From positions 55,616,001-55,680,000 of the forward strand of contig NW_024704742.1 in assembly GCF_018977255.1 (NCBI RefSeq): 64,000 bases of DNA, given 5' to 3'. This document shows positions 23,265 to 34,090 of the stretch, piece by piece. Source of the stretch: Callorhinchus milii (taxonomy: Eukaryota). The notes beneath the pieces are model-generated. The model saw only the letters and a program-made list of their open reading frames with translations. It ran no database searches and was not told where the DNA came from. The position numbers and the translations under genes are program-made. The first letter of the stretch is position 1. Every line of letters starts with the position of its first letter.

Positions 23265-23850
23265 CTTACAGTCGGGGAGCGGCGGCAGGACAGCGCGGGG
23301 AGGAGCCTGGGCCTACTTACTCAGGTATTTAAACTCGACGCCGGAGTGAGATCAGCTAGGGGGGGAGGTGTCGGGCGGTGTGGGGGCGGAGCGGGGGAAC
23401 TGCTGACGTCATAGATTAGTTTTCAGGTGCGTGCGCGCGCAAAAAAAAACAAAAAAACAAAACAACCCTCTGCGCCCCCCCCCAGGGCTCACATCAGAGT
23501 CCACTATGGTCCTGTTGGGTTGGCTGCCCCAATCTACGGGATAATGCCATCCACCTGACCGCTCGCTCCCGGTCCCCGCGTGCGCACTATGGCTGCCGCT
23601 TTGACCCGAGCTCCCTCACCCCCTCCCTCCCGCCCCCCTCCTCTCTACCCCCAAACCCTCCCCCCTCTGCATCTCTCCCGCTCTGTCCTCCTCTCTCTCC
23701 GTCCCTCTCGTCTTCTATCCCCACTTGACCCTCCCACAACCTCCCTCTGTTCCAGCCTGGGAATCTTCCGCCGGGCTCACCGTGGCACTCGGCGTTGGCT
23801 GTCCAGCAGCAGCCACATCGACTGCACCATTCCCCACCACACTCGCAGCC
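23265..23850 (+). mobile_element. CpG-rich segment, probably the 5' region of an L2-type LINE
   Basis: High GC/CpG; ORF 23580-23894 contains LGIFRRAHRGTRR, resembling (from memory) the basic motif upstream of APE in fish L2 ORF2; embedded in an L2 cluster. Confidence 0.5.
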
Positions 23851-24232
23851 CCAGAGGGAGCGAGGAGGGGGTAGAGAGTCGAGAGGGGAGCTGAAGGCAC
23901 AGTCAAAGAGAAAGGTCTTGAGATCAGTCTTGAAGGAGGAAAGGGAGGAAGCAAGGCGAAGGCACTGGGGGATAGAATTCCAGAGCCTAGGGGCTGAGAA
24001 GCTGAAGGCCAGGCCACCGATGGTAGGGCAGTTGGGGCGGGGGATGTGGAGCAGACTGGAGCCAGAGGAACGGAGGGTACGGACAGGTAAATAGGGGGAT
24101 AGTAGGTCAGAGAGGTAGGAGGGAGCAAGGCCGTGAATGGCCTTGTAGGTGAGGATGAGTATCTTGAATTCGATCCTCTGGGGGATTGGAAGCCAGTGGA
24201 GGCGAGCGAGGGTGGGAGTGATGTGGTCACAA
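23850..24232 (-). mobile_element. L2 LINE 3' ORF2 fragment, frame intact
   Basis: DHITPTLARLHWLPIPQRIEFKILILTYKAIHGLAPSYL...RTLRSS...AFSFSAPRLWNSIP...FKTDLKTFLF. Confidence 0.95.
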
Positions 24233-24239
24233 CAAGATG

Positions 24240-25007
24240 GAAGCCATACTCCTTGGCGCCCATTAATGTCTTTACTCCTGCGGATCTGAACTCCAACTTC
24301 CCTAGGCTCTCCCTCAGACTGACCAAGCCAGTGCACAATCTACATGTCCGATTCAACCCTCAGCTGTCCTTCTCCCCCACATCCAATCCCTGACCAGGAC
24401 TGCCTTGCCCTGCCTAAACCGTACCTTACCCCAAATGCAGCCGAAACCCTCGTGCAGGTGTTTGTCACCGCCCACCTGGATTATTTAAACGCACTCCTCG
24501 CTGGTCTCCCCAGCTCCACTATTCAAAAAATCCAGCTCATTCAGAACTCTGCTGCCAGTGTATTTACCCGGACCAAACTCCGTACCCACATCTCACCAGT
24601 TCTGGCCAGGTTCCACTGGCTCCCCATCACCGAACCGATTGACTTCAAGGTCCTCACACTCGTGTTCAAATCCCTTCACTCCCTGGCACCCCCCTACCTC
24701 ACTCCCCAATTCTCTACCCTGCGCCTCCAATCAATTGGCACCGGCCTCCTACTTGTCTCTCACATCCTCCACTCCACTATTGGAGGTCGCGCTTTCAGCC
24801 ATTATGCCCTGAAACTCTGGAACACTTTCCCTCAATCCCTCCACCTTGGCCCCTCTCTCCCCTTTTTCAAGTCCCTGAAAAACCTTCCTTTTCAACCATG
24901 CTTACGGTCCCCTCCCGCCTCCCCACCGGGCCCAGAGTCAGGCTCTGCCACTGTTAAGTGCTCTGAGAGGGCATAGAGGGCGCTATATAAGTGCAAGTTG
25001 TTGTTGT
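24240..25007 (+). mobile_element. L2 LINE 3' fragment
   Basis: ETLVQVFVTAHLDYLNALL, IQNSAA, FHWLP, LWNTFP; tail gggcgctatataagtgcaag(ttg)n. Confidence 0.93.
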
Positions 25008-25730
25008 ACCTTTTAACATTGCTTCTCATGGCACTGTAAGTTATGTTTGTACACACACTGAATAATGTTACAGAATCCTGATCATTGTCCTATCTGAAAG
25101 CAGAGATGTTGCAATTTGATAAAGCAAGTTGAAGGGAAATGTTATTTGCTGTCTGTCTTAAGACTTTTCTTTTCTATCACCCATTTTTTTACCTTTCCCC
25201 ATCCCTCCCCCTCCCCCCTTCTGCACCCACCTTCCTCAACTCACCCCGCGCCTAGCTCAGGTTCGCAGGTAGCTTTGTGAAGTGCCTTGAGATATCCTCC
25301 TGAAGTGAAAGCTGCTGTGTAAATGTAAAATTGTTGTTAGGATTGACAAGATAGTTAATGTGGCTGCTTCAGAATGCTGAGCACAGGATATACATGTCCT
25401 TGTGCTGTGAGGAGTTTAAATCTATTATGGTCTCTGTGATTCTGAAATCTGTTATGAAGGAAATATTAATGCAGTAAAGTAGGACAAAACATATTATGTT
25501 TTTGTGTGGACTGTTCATTTAAAATATTTCCTCAAAAATAGGAATATAAAAATATTTATTTTTAATGTAAATTCTTTATCAGTAAATGGCACCTTATCAG
25601 TGTACAGTTTTCAGGTTTCGGTTGCTGCACTGAATCTGCTGCATATTCAATTGTACGCATTAATCTGAAAATATAATGCAGCCTTGCTAGCCTGGTAGCT
25701 GAATTATTTGAAAAGAATAGAATCAAAGTA

Positions 25731-26880
25731 CCATAGAAATTATACAGCACAGAAGGAAGCAATTTGTCCCCTCATTCTTGTGTTGACTCTTTACAAGAGT
25801 TATCTGTTTAGTCCCATTCTACTGCCTTTTCCCCATATTATATATTTCTGTCAAGTGACCAACTTGTGACAATCCACCTTGGGGGAGGCAAATGGGGTCC
25901 CCTTAGAGCTGAGCTGGCACCAAGGTCATGTGCTTCACAATGGTATGTGGGATTGAGTTTATCCTCTGTGGTGGTCTCAGTAATCTGGTTTCTGAGCCAT
26001 ACAGCTCCACAGTATATCAGGGCTCTGCTGTTGCCTGACTAACCAGCCTGGCTCATTGGTAGGACTTGGAGGGGCAGACTGAGAACAGGGATCCCCACTC
26101 AGCTCCTGTTAACCCTATAACCCCTAGACCTTCTAGTCCAGCTAGCCTGGCTTATCAGCAGAACCCAGAGGGGCATTTGGAGCAAGGATTCTTCCCACTC
26201 AGCTCCTGCCCTCTCTGCAATTCAAATCCTTATTGGGTAGGAATAGGGTAGGGTAGTCCTCTCTGTTCAAGCAGTGGAAAGCTTGTCAGACAGACTTCTC
26301 AATGGTAAATTATAGTGTTTTAGCTGATTAAATTAGAGGAGTACCGCAACACACACTCTGGCGACTCTGGGGATTCATCAACCTGCTCCTAATACTTTCT
26401 GGAATTAGGTAAGCAGAATGCATGCCCCAAGGGTTAAAGTGCACATCCTATTCTAGACCAGGGATATTTTCATTTGTAGGTGGCATACATATGTGGAACT
26501 CTCAGGCTAGTTTGGATACTCTTAAGCATGGCAATAAGATTCCACAACTGTCAGATCTGGCTGATAATTTTTTTTTCTCTTTTTCAGTTATTTATTGAAT
26601 TTTCTCTTAAAAGCTAATACTGTATAGATTTGCCTGAACACACGTTCCACACGTAATAAGCTTCTGTATGTAAAAAATCTCCTAACCTTTCCCTCTGCTT
26701 CTTTATTAATTACCTTAAATCTATGCCCTTCAGTTATTGACTCACTGACCATTGGAAATAGTTTTATGCTGTTTACAATCAAAACGCCTCATAATTTTAA
26801 AGCCTCTAACCATTCTCCTTACATTCTTCTCTGGTCTAGGGAAAATAGTCTCAGTTCATCCAGCCTCTCCTCATTATCCT
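25731..26880 (-). mobile_element. CR1 LINE 3' fragment split by a family X insertion
   Basis: 25731-25840 and 26570-26880 are consecutive parts of the CR1 3' sequence seen uninterrupted at 52784-53103. Confidence 0.7.
25865..26566 (+). repeat. Repeat family X, longest copy (~700 bp)
   Basis: 26000-26566 is colinear with the reverse of 62995-63470; boundaries inferred from the interrupted CR1; internal tandem duplication at 26043-26208. Confidence 0.75.
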
Positions 26881-27349
26881 CGCCTCAGAGCATTCACCTC
26901 GCAAGTGAGAGACCTGGGTTCGATGTTTCAAGACACTATCCTGGCTGAAGAGTGCTATATAAATGCAAGTTAGCATTGTTGTTACTATTTTGAAAGAAAG
27001 CTGGTATGCAAAGGGTATATTGGATGGAAGATGGTAAACTGCTTTGTACTTCATAACCCAAGGTAACTCTCTGTGAGGGCCTATAGTAGAATCGTTCAAT
27101 CGTAGAGGCAAAAAAGAAGCAATAATACCAGTCGAGAATAACAAAATGATTGCACAGTTAGAGGAAAAATAATGGATGGCTTGAGGTAACTGACAGACTT
27201 TAAGTCATGAATTTGATTAATAATTGTGATCCACTCCCACCCATCCAGGGCCTTCTGAATGCTTGAGGTGCACTAAACTTTGCCTTTTTTCCACTGAAAA
27301 TTAATTGAACATGTGGCTTGTGCTTTTATGATTTGGCGCACGCAGAATC

Positions 27350-27512
27350 CATATCACCTTTCAATAGCTTCTTAGACAGATATCTGAAGAGGAGTAATTG
27401 GCAGGGGCAAGGGAGACATCAGGTAAATTGAATTTAATGCTCTTACAAAGAGCCAAAAAAGACATGATTGGCCAAGTGGCCTTCTTCTATGCTGTAAAAT
27501 TCTATGGCTCTA
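27350..27512 (+). mobile_element. CR1 LINE 3' end
   Basis: gctcttacaaagagcc...gacatgattggccaagtggccttcttctatgctgtaaaattctatggctcta. Confidence 0.7.
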
Positions 27513-28164
27513 TAGGAATAAATGTTGACTTAAAAAGCTATATTTTACTGCCTCTCATCATATCCATGTACTGCATTTGATAAATTCTGTACTGGTACAA
27601 ATCTGCCACAGCTAAATGTGCTGTTGCTATATACCCCATCTGTTTAAACTCCCTCCACTAAAAACAACAGTTAGCTATTTCACAACATGAAATTTACATA
27701 GTAACTAGAAATTATTGTACAATATTCTTAATTTAGCTAAATTGACTCTGATTAAATGTTATTAAAATAGAAAGAGATTTGGTACACTGTTGCAGTTACT
27801 TTTATGAAACACACTCACCCATACATGTGACTGATTCAAATTTGTAATACTATATTTGAGGCAAGTAAATCAGAATATATTATAATGGCAAATTTATGTT
27901 AAAGTTTGTAGACCACAACCATCTTAAACCACTCATTGTGAAACTTGTGAAATTGAAATTTCGGCACTAAACTTCTGTAATAAAATAGATATCATGGTTG
28001 TAAAATTATATTCAATACCTTTTAAAATATTATTTTACTGTCACAAATGAAAGTGGTTTGAAATAGCTGTGAACTGATATTCAGACCAATGAATATTTAT
28101 GTTACCTCTGAAAGTGATATTGAACATCTGCAGAAATTTATGCTCAAAATTCTGAACTGATATT

Positions 28165-28465
28165 GTTAATAATAATCATCACTTGCACTTTCATGTAGCA
28201 CCTTATCACCTCGAAATGCACTTCAGAGTGCAGTGATTGTGTGTCTTAGGAAATGTGGCAACCTCTTTCGACACAGCCACGTTCCACAAACCACCACAAA
28301 GTGAATGGCAAAAAAAAAAAAAATTGGTCAATCAATCGACGACTGTTTGTGGGACATTGCTGTGTGCAATTGACTGCTGCGTTTTCGCCCATAAAATATA
28401 CAGTCAATTCACTTTACAGTATATTCTATGAAGCACTTTGAGATGTCGCGAAGATGTGATAAGAT
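28165..28465. mobile_element. Two SINE 3' fragments in inverted orientation around an A-run
   Basis: 28165-28308 is a reverse SINE tail; 28320-28465 is a forward SINE tail. Confidence 0.7.
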
Positions 28466-28511
28466 TCCCAAGTTTTGTATCCTCTTTTGCATCATCATTC
28501 CTAAATTCACA

Positions 28512-28687
28512 ATATTTGGATTGGTTTATTCCAGAGGTATGTTATTGCCTGTTTATTAAGATTAACAAGTTCTCCAGAATGGAGGTTTTATGCAAAAAGC
28601 TTATTTCCAACAGCATTACTTTCCAGAAATAATTTTGCTTTCCAATATCGCTAGAATAATAGTGGTGCAGATACCTAATACTGACCA
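28512..28687 (+). repeat. 176 bp direct duplication, copy 1
   Basis: Matches 30107-30282 with two substitutions by eye. Confidence 0.95.
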
Positions 28688-28734
28688 TTTTGACATATTC
28701 CTGAAAAGAAGCCTCTGTCTTTGCAAGAAATTGG

Positions 28735-29165
28735 CTGGTTCAGTTGGTTGCATTCTCACTCCTGAGTCAGAAGGGTGTGGTTTTAAACTCACAGTGTAGG
28801 CTGACACTCCATTACTGTGCTGTGGATGCATTGCATTGCTGGAGTTGGCTTCCTCAGATTAAATGTTAAAGTGAGGCTCTGACTGCCTGTTCAGATAGAC
28901 GTTAAAGATCCCATGGCACTATTCAAAAAGACAAGGGAGTTTCTCCTTGTGTGCTGGCCAATAATCCCTCAGATATATATACAGTATAAACTTGGATTTG
29001 ATAAAATTGTTCATTTCATTTCATGGCTGTTTGTGGGACATTGCTGTAACCAAAGTGTCTGTCGAGTTTGCCGACAAACTGCACAGTAAATCCTCTGAAG
29101 GGTTTTGAGACATCCTTCCGACATGAGAGATGCTATCTCAAATGCAAGGATTATTACTATTATTA
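28735..29165 (+). mobile_element. Deu-domain SINE, near full length
   Basis: ctggttcagttggttgcattctcactcctgagtcagaagg head; gacgttaaagatcccatggcactattc core; tail. Confidence 0.85.
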
Positions 29166-29439
29166 AATCTTCTTACTAGAAGGATTTGTTTGTTGTTGTT
29201 GTGTTCAATCATGTGCCTAAGATAGAAACCTGGAGCATTCACAATATGTATAGCCTGCAATGCACCTTAGAAACTAATCCAACAACTCTCACTGGGAGAA
29301 TGAGACATGACTAGCTCAGATGCTAAATCATATATATCTTATCTCACACAAAGTCCAAATTCTCTCTCCCCAGATAAATGATATGTATCATTATTTTGTT
29401 ATATTTTGAAGAAACAGGTCTTTTTGAAAAACATTGTAA

Positions 29440-29580
29440 TCAATTATTAAAAATGTACTTTCCAAGTACGGGGATGGGAAAAAGACGGGTAAATGGCACT
29501 GGATAGATTGCTCTTTCAAAGAGCCAATGCAAAGATGGTTGGCTGAATTGCCTTCTTCTATGCTGTAGATTTCTATGGTT
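29440..29580 (+). mobile_element. CR1 LINE 3' end
   Basis: gctctttcaaagagccaatgcaaagatggttggctgaattgccttcttctatgctgtagatttctatg. Confidence 0.7.
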
Positions 29581-30106
29581 GTAACCTCGATCCATTTGTT
29601 TTTCACTTGAACTGCAAAAAAACAGTTTATTTGAAGGTCTTCTGTTAAGACTGCAAAATTCAATTATTAGGATAGCCCTGGCTTTTTATAGTTTATGACG
29701 CCAATAGTGATAAATATTCTGAGCCTTTTTGAGAATTTCAGTTCTTATATTATGCTTTTCAGAAGGTTTTACTGTTTTGAACCCCATTCTACATCAACGC
29801 CATGGCTGAATGCTTCTCTTCCATGTTAAATCAGCGTAAGGTAGTTTATACTCTTACAATTAGGGAAGTCTGAAAAAAGACTTTATTTATCTGAATTTAC
29901 AACCTTATAATTAACTATCTAAAATTCTAACTTTGTGTGTTTAATTTTAAATAGTTAAGACATTTTTACTTTAGTGTCTGTTCCAATATAAAAAAACTCC
30001 ATGGTGACAAAGTATCCGATTCATATTTTTGAAAAGAAGTTTCATAGTATGTTAATTTGCTTAGTAATTGGTACATCATTGTACCAATGAATACCTCCTG
30101 CAAACG

Positions 30107-30282
30107 ATATTTGGATTGGTATATTCCAGAGGCATGTTATTGCCTGTTTATTAAGATTAACAAGTTCTCCAGAATGGAGGTTTTATGCAAAAAGCTTATT
30201 TCCAACAGCATTACTTTCCAGAAATAATTTTGCTTTCCAATATCGCTAGAATAATAGTGGTGCAGATACCTAATACTGACCA
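30107..30282 (+). repeat. 176 bp direct duplication, copy 2
   Basis: Matches 28512-28687. Confidence 0.95.
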
Positions 30283-30872
30283 ATAAAACAAACTGTAAGG
30301 TAAACACACACATAAAACAAATGGTCTTTATCATCTTACAAGTGAGAAGTTTATTTTCTTCTTGCCAGAAAATTTACTGACCTTGGAGTCGAACTTGTCT
30401 CAATCATTGCTGGTTGAAATATTCACTTATACTATCATTGGGTAGTTTTAATGGGAAAAGCCATTTTTCTGTACAATGTCTGGCATTATTTCTGTGCAAA
30501 TATTCAGTACACAAATACTAGAAAAGACAAGTTATTTTAATTAAAAATACCTGCCTCACTGCATTGTAAAGGACACCTTTACTTGAAAAATCCCACAATG
30601 TCTTTTTTCTTTCATTCTTTAGATTTATGGAATCCTGAATTATGGGCTTTTGACCTTACCCATGAATGTACTTAATAAGGTCATCCCCTGAAGAATGTAG
30701 GGAATACCTCGTCTTCAAGTTTTTAAGAAGACTGAACAGGGTTAGGATTCAGGGAGGGGATATTCGGTGTGCGATGTTCGACTTAAGCCAGAGAAGAAAC
30801 GTTCAGAGGACCAATGACAAATAGTATTGCCTTGTTAGTATTGGTATAATATAGTATTGGGTGTCTTGTTCG

Positions 30873-31497
30873 ACTCCTCAACTCCAGGACTACTGGCATC
30901 CTGATGGACTGCCTGTCCGACACCAAGTTCGGGATGAGGGACAACTTTCTCCAGTTGAATATCAGCAAGACTGAGGCCCTACTGATTAGCTCGCGTCAGC
31001 GCCTCCACACCTCGGGCGCTGGCAGCATCAGCCTACACGGCTGCACACTCAACCTCACTAAGCGAGTCAGGAACCTCGGTGTCTTGTTTGACCCCGAACT
31101 GCCTTTCTCCCACACATCCATAGCCTTGCCTCCTTCTACCTCTCTGACCTGCTGACTCCCTACCAACCTGCCTGCTTCCTTCATTCAGCGGGCTCCGGCC
31201 TGCTCCATGTCTCCCGCCCGACCCACCCTACCATCGGTGGCGGGGCTTTCAGCCTCTCTGCCCCCACACTCTGGAACTCCATCCCACAATCCTTATGCCT
31301 TGCTTCCTCCCTTGCCTCCTTCAAGGCCGGTCTCCAGACCCTCCTCTTCGATCGTGCCTTTAGTCTCCCTCCCACCTCTCTGCCTTCCCTCACCACCCCT
31401 CCCCCATGCTTAGACTCCGACACCTGACTGTTCAGCACTTAGGACGTCTTCCCGATGTGAAGGGCGCTCTATAAATGTAATGTTGTTGTTGTTGTTA
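30873..31497 (+). mobile_element. L2 LINE 3' fragment with internal deletion
   Basis: NFLQLNISKTEALL, VRNLGVLFDP, then a jump to the 3' end; tail gggcgctctataaatgtaat(gtt)n. Confidence 0.92.
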
Positions 31498-31655
31498 TAC
31501 CTTATTCAGGACTCCAAGTCAGATGCAAGAATAGCATTCCTAGATATGGGTGCAGTAAGGCTTGGATAGACTTTTTTTTTAGAAGCTTAAGAATTGTTCA
31601 AGAGAAAATAAGTGTTTGAGCAAAAGCGATATTGAGTTTCTTTGAGAGACCTTTA

Positions 31656-31991
31656 TAATAATAATAATCCTTAATAATAATCCTTGCATTTGATATAGCG
31701 CTTTTCACGTCGGGAGGACGTCCCAAAGCGCTTCACAGAACACACTGTAAAGTGAACTGACTGTATATTTGTGGGCGAACGCGGCAGCCAATTGCGCACA
31801 GCAATGTCCCACAAACAGTCGTAGATTGAAAATGACCAATTTATTATTGTTTTTAGTTTTGGAGGGATTATTATTAGGCTCTGTGTGGAGTAAGGAAACT
31901 TGCCCAAGGTTTCGCCCTCTGCCTGGAATTGAACTCAGGTCTCTCGCTTGCAAAGCGAGTGCTCTAACCACTGAGCTACAGGACTCCACAA
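31656..31991 (-). mobile_element. Young tRNA-Ala SINE
   Basis: Reverse near-identical copy of the 1652 element, with duplicated tail. Confidence 0.95.
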
Positions 31992-33229
31992 ATTTATCGA
32001 TGGAGATATGAAATACTACAACGGAGATTCTATTTGAGATCAATGGAAATATTGTGACCAAGATAAAATGAATAGGGGTACAGCCATCAGTTGTAAGATG
32101 CAACATTTGTTGGTCTCTCTTGCAAGAGACATGAAGAAACTGTTTTTGAAGAGCTGATAATAGCAAGACTTTCATTGCTTTACCACAAGCCCTGGGTGAT
32201 ATCAAATATCTTTTGTTTGAACCATTGCCTAGTGAGCAAAAAACATTGTCAATGGTAAACAGTGATAATTTACGGAACAGAAATGAGGACTGAAGATTTA
32301 AAAACAGCTAGAAGTTGAAAGAAACATTGCTTTAATTAGCTGGGAGGATCGTAATTGCATCAAATGCTTTGTTTTGCATAAATTTACCAAAATTGTTCCA
32401 ATCCAATCATGTAGTTCACCAGAGGTTGCTTTCAATGATAGATACACAAAGTATATTTCCCTGATGGTGATTTGAAATTATTTATTATTTATAGTGTACC
32501 TCCTTCATTATAATCAATGCAACTTGTTCTGCTGGAATGCTGGCAGATTTGGGCACAATTTCTTGTTTTTCACTAGGTGCAGTTGGTTCAATGATGAAAG
32601 TTCAGTATGCAAAGTTGACATTTATTAGCCCTTAATGAGTCATAACACAGCACTTTGATTGAAAGGATTTAAGCAAAGAATTCAATGTGATTGTCAATTT
32701 TTGTGCCTCATTTAGGAATCCACAAAGACCATGTTCTCATTCTGTATCTGATTAAACTGGCAAATTGAGATCGGAGATATATTGACAAGTTGATTAGTCC
32801 ACTACATTTCTGCTTGATTGAAATCTGAATATTTGATTAAGATTTTCATATAAAACTACCTGTTTCCCCTTTAAATTTCGATACATAATCATTTCCACTT
32901 ATCATCCTGCTTTTCATGAATGATAATGACTCAAAGAGCGTTACAAAGATATGATATTCACCCAGCAGGATGGGAGGAGAGGGAGAGAGTTTTCGGCATG
33001 GTCAAAGACAAAGAGCTTGTTAACTTGGTGTGTCTTGAAGGCAGGAAGAAAAGGGGTTTGTGAGAGTGTTCCAGAGAGTGGGGGCATAGTAGCTGAAATT
33101 TCTGAGCCCAATGGTAGGATGAAGGAGATGAGGAACAAATCGTATTTTATATCTGGTTAACATTTTCAGGTTTCCAGTAGTGCCTCATTATAATGTGATA
33201 GTTCGGGATCCTTAAATTCTCAATCTTAT

Positions 33230-33280
33230 TTGTCAGCCAGGTCTGACACATGTGGAAACCCATCACCATGCTTAAGAGTT
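33230..33280 (-). repeat. Repeat family X, terminal ~50 bp
   Basis: tgtcagccaggtctgacacatgtggaaacccatcaccatgcttaagagt. Confidence 0.7.
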
Positions 33281-33589
33281 AAATTCGCAAATTCTCAACT
33301 CATAATGGGGCACAATCAACAGTCAGTGCTTTCCCATCATGATGCCACTGATCAACTCATAACAGCATGATTTTTACAAAGTGAAAAATACTCATCTCAA
33401 AAAAATGGTGTCTCCAGGGCTTCGAAAAGAACAAACATTTATCTGGGAAAACTGTGGCCCATCTGCTGGCAGTTATTGAACATTCCCTAAATTATAATAA
33501 CAATAATAATAATCCTTGCATTTGATATAGCGCCTAATCACTCTAACCACAGAGTGCTCTAACCACTGAGCTACCAGTCTCCAATACAA

Positions 33590-33775
33590 GAAATGCAGAG
33601 ATTGAACCTGTTGCCAAGCTTGTGTACAGGTTTGGTGAGTCTGGGGAATAAGCAGTGATGGGTAAAGAGTTCAGAATTGCAGGTGAGAAGATGTTGACAG
33701 GATCCAAGGAGGTTGGCTTCCGTTGTGTCCATGTTCAGCTGCAGAAAGTTGGTGCTCATCCAGGCCTTGATGTTC
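33590..33775 (-). mobile_element. L2 fragment
   Basis: IKAWMSTNFLQLNMDTTEA. Confidence 0.8.
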
Positions 33776-34043
33776 ACTGTAAAACTACTGTAGATGTTTC
33801 ATAGATCTTAACTAATAATTATAAGGCTGCTGAAGCAAAACTGATGGGAAACCATCTTGGAGTTATTCCATTTTTGATGAGCACATTTCTGGGCAGAGAA
33901 GCTATGGTATCAAACACTGGAGGAAGATTCAGTTCCACTCACCTACCATGACAGCTGTGGAGCTGTGATGACAGGAGTAAGAGGCTTAGCAAGACATGGA
34001 AAAGATTCAACAAGTGAAAATTGCAGATTAAAGATCCTTTACT

Positions 34044-34090
34044 CACACACACACACACACTCGCTCACTCACTCACTCTCACTCATTCAT
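34044..34090. repeat. (CA)n/(CACT)n microsatellite
   Basis: Direct read. Confidence 0.9.

Noticed and set aside
23587..24336. 249 aa ORF as a chimeric gene
   Set aside because: Read-through across three adjoining GC-rich L2 fragments; only the middle part is in a real coding frame.
30623..30690. Exon after a strong acceptor (tcttttttctttcattctttag)
   Set aside because: Stops occur in all frames within ~70 nt and no consensus donor lies before them.
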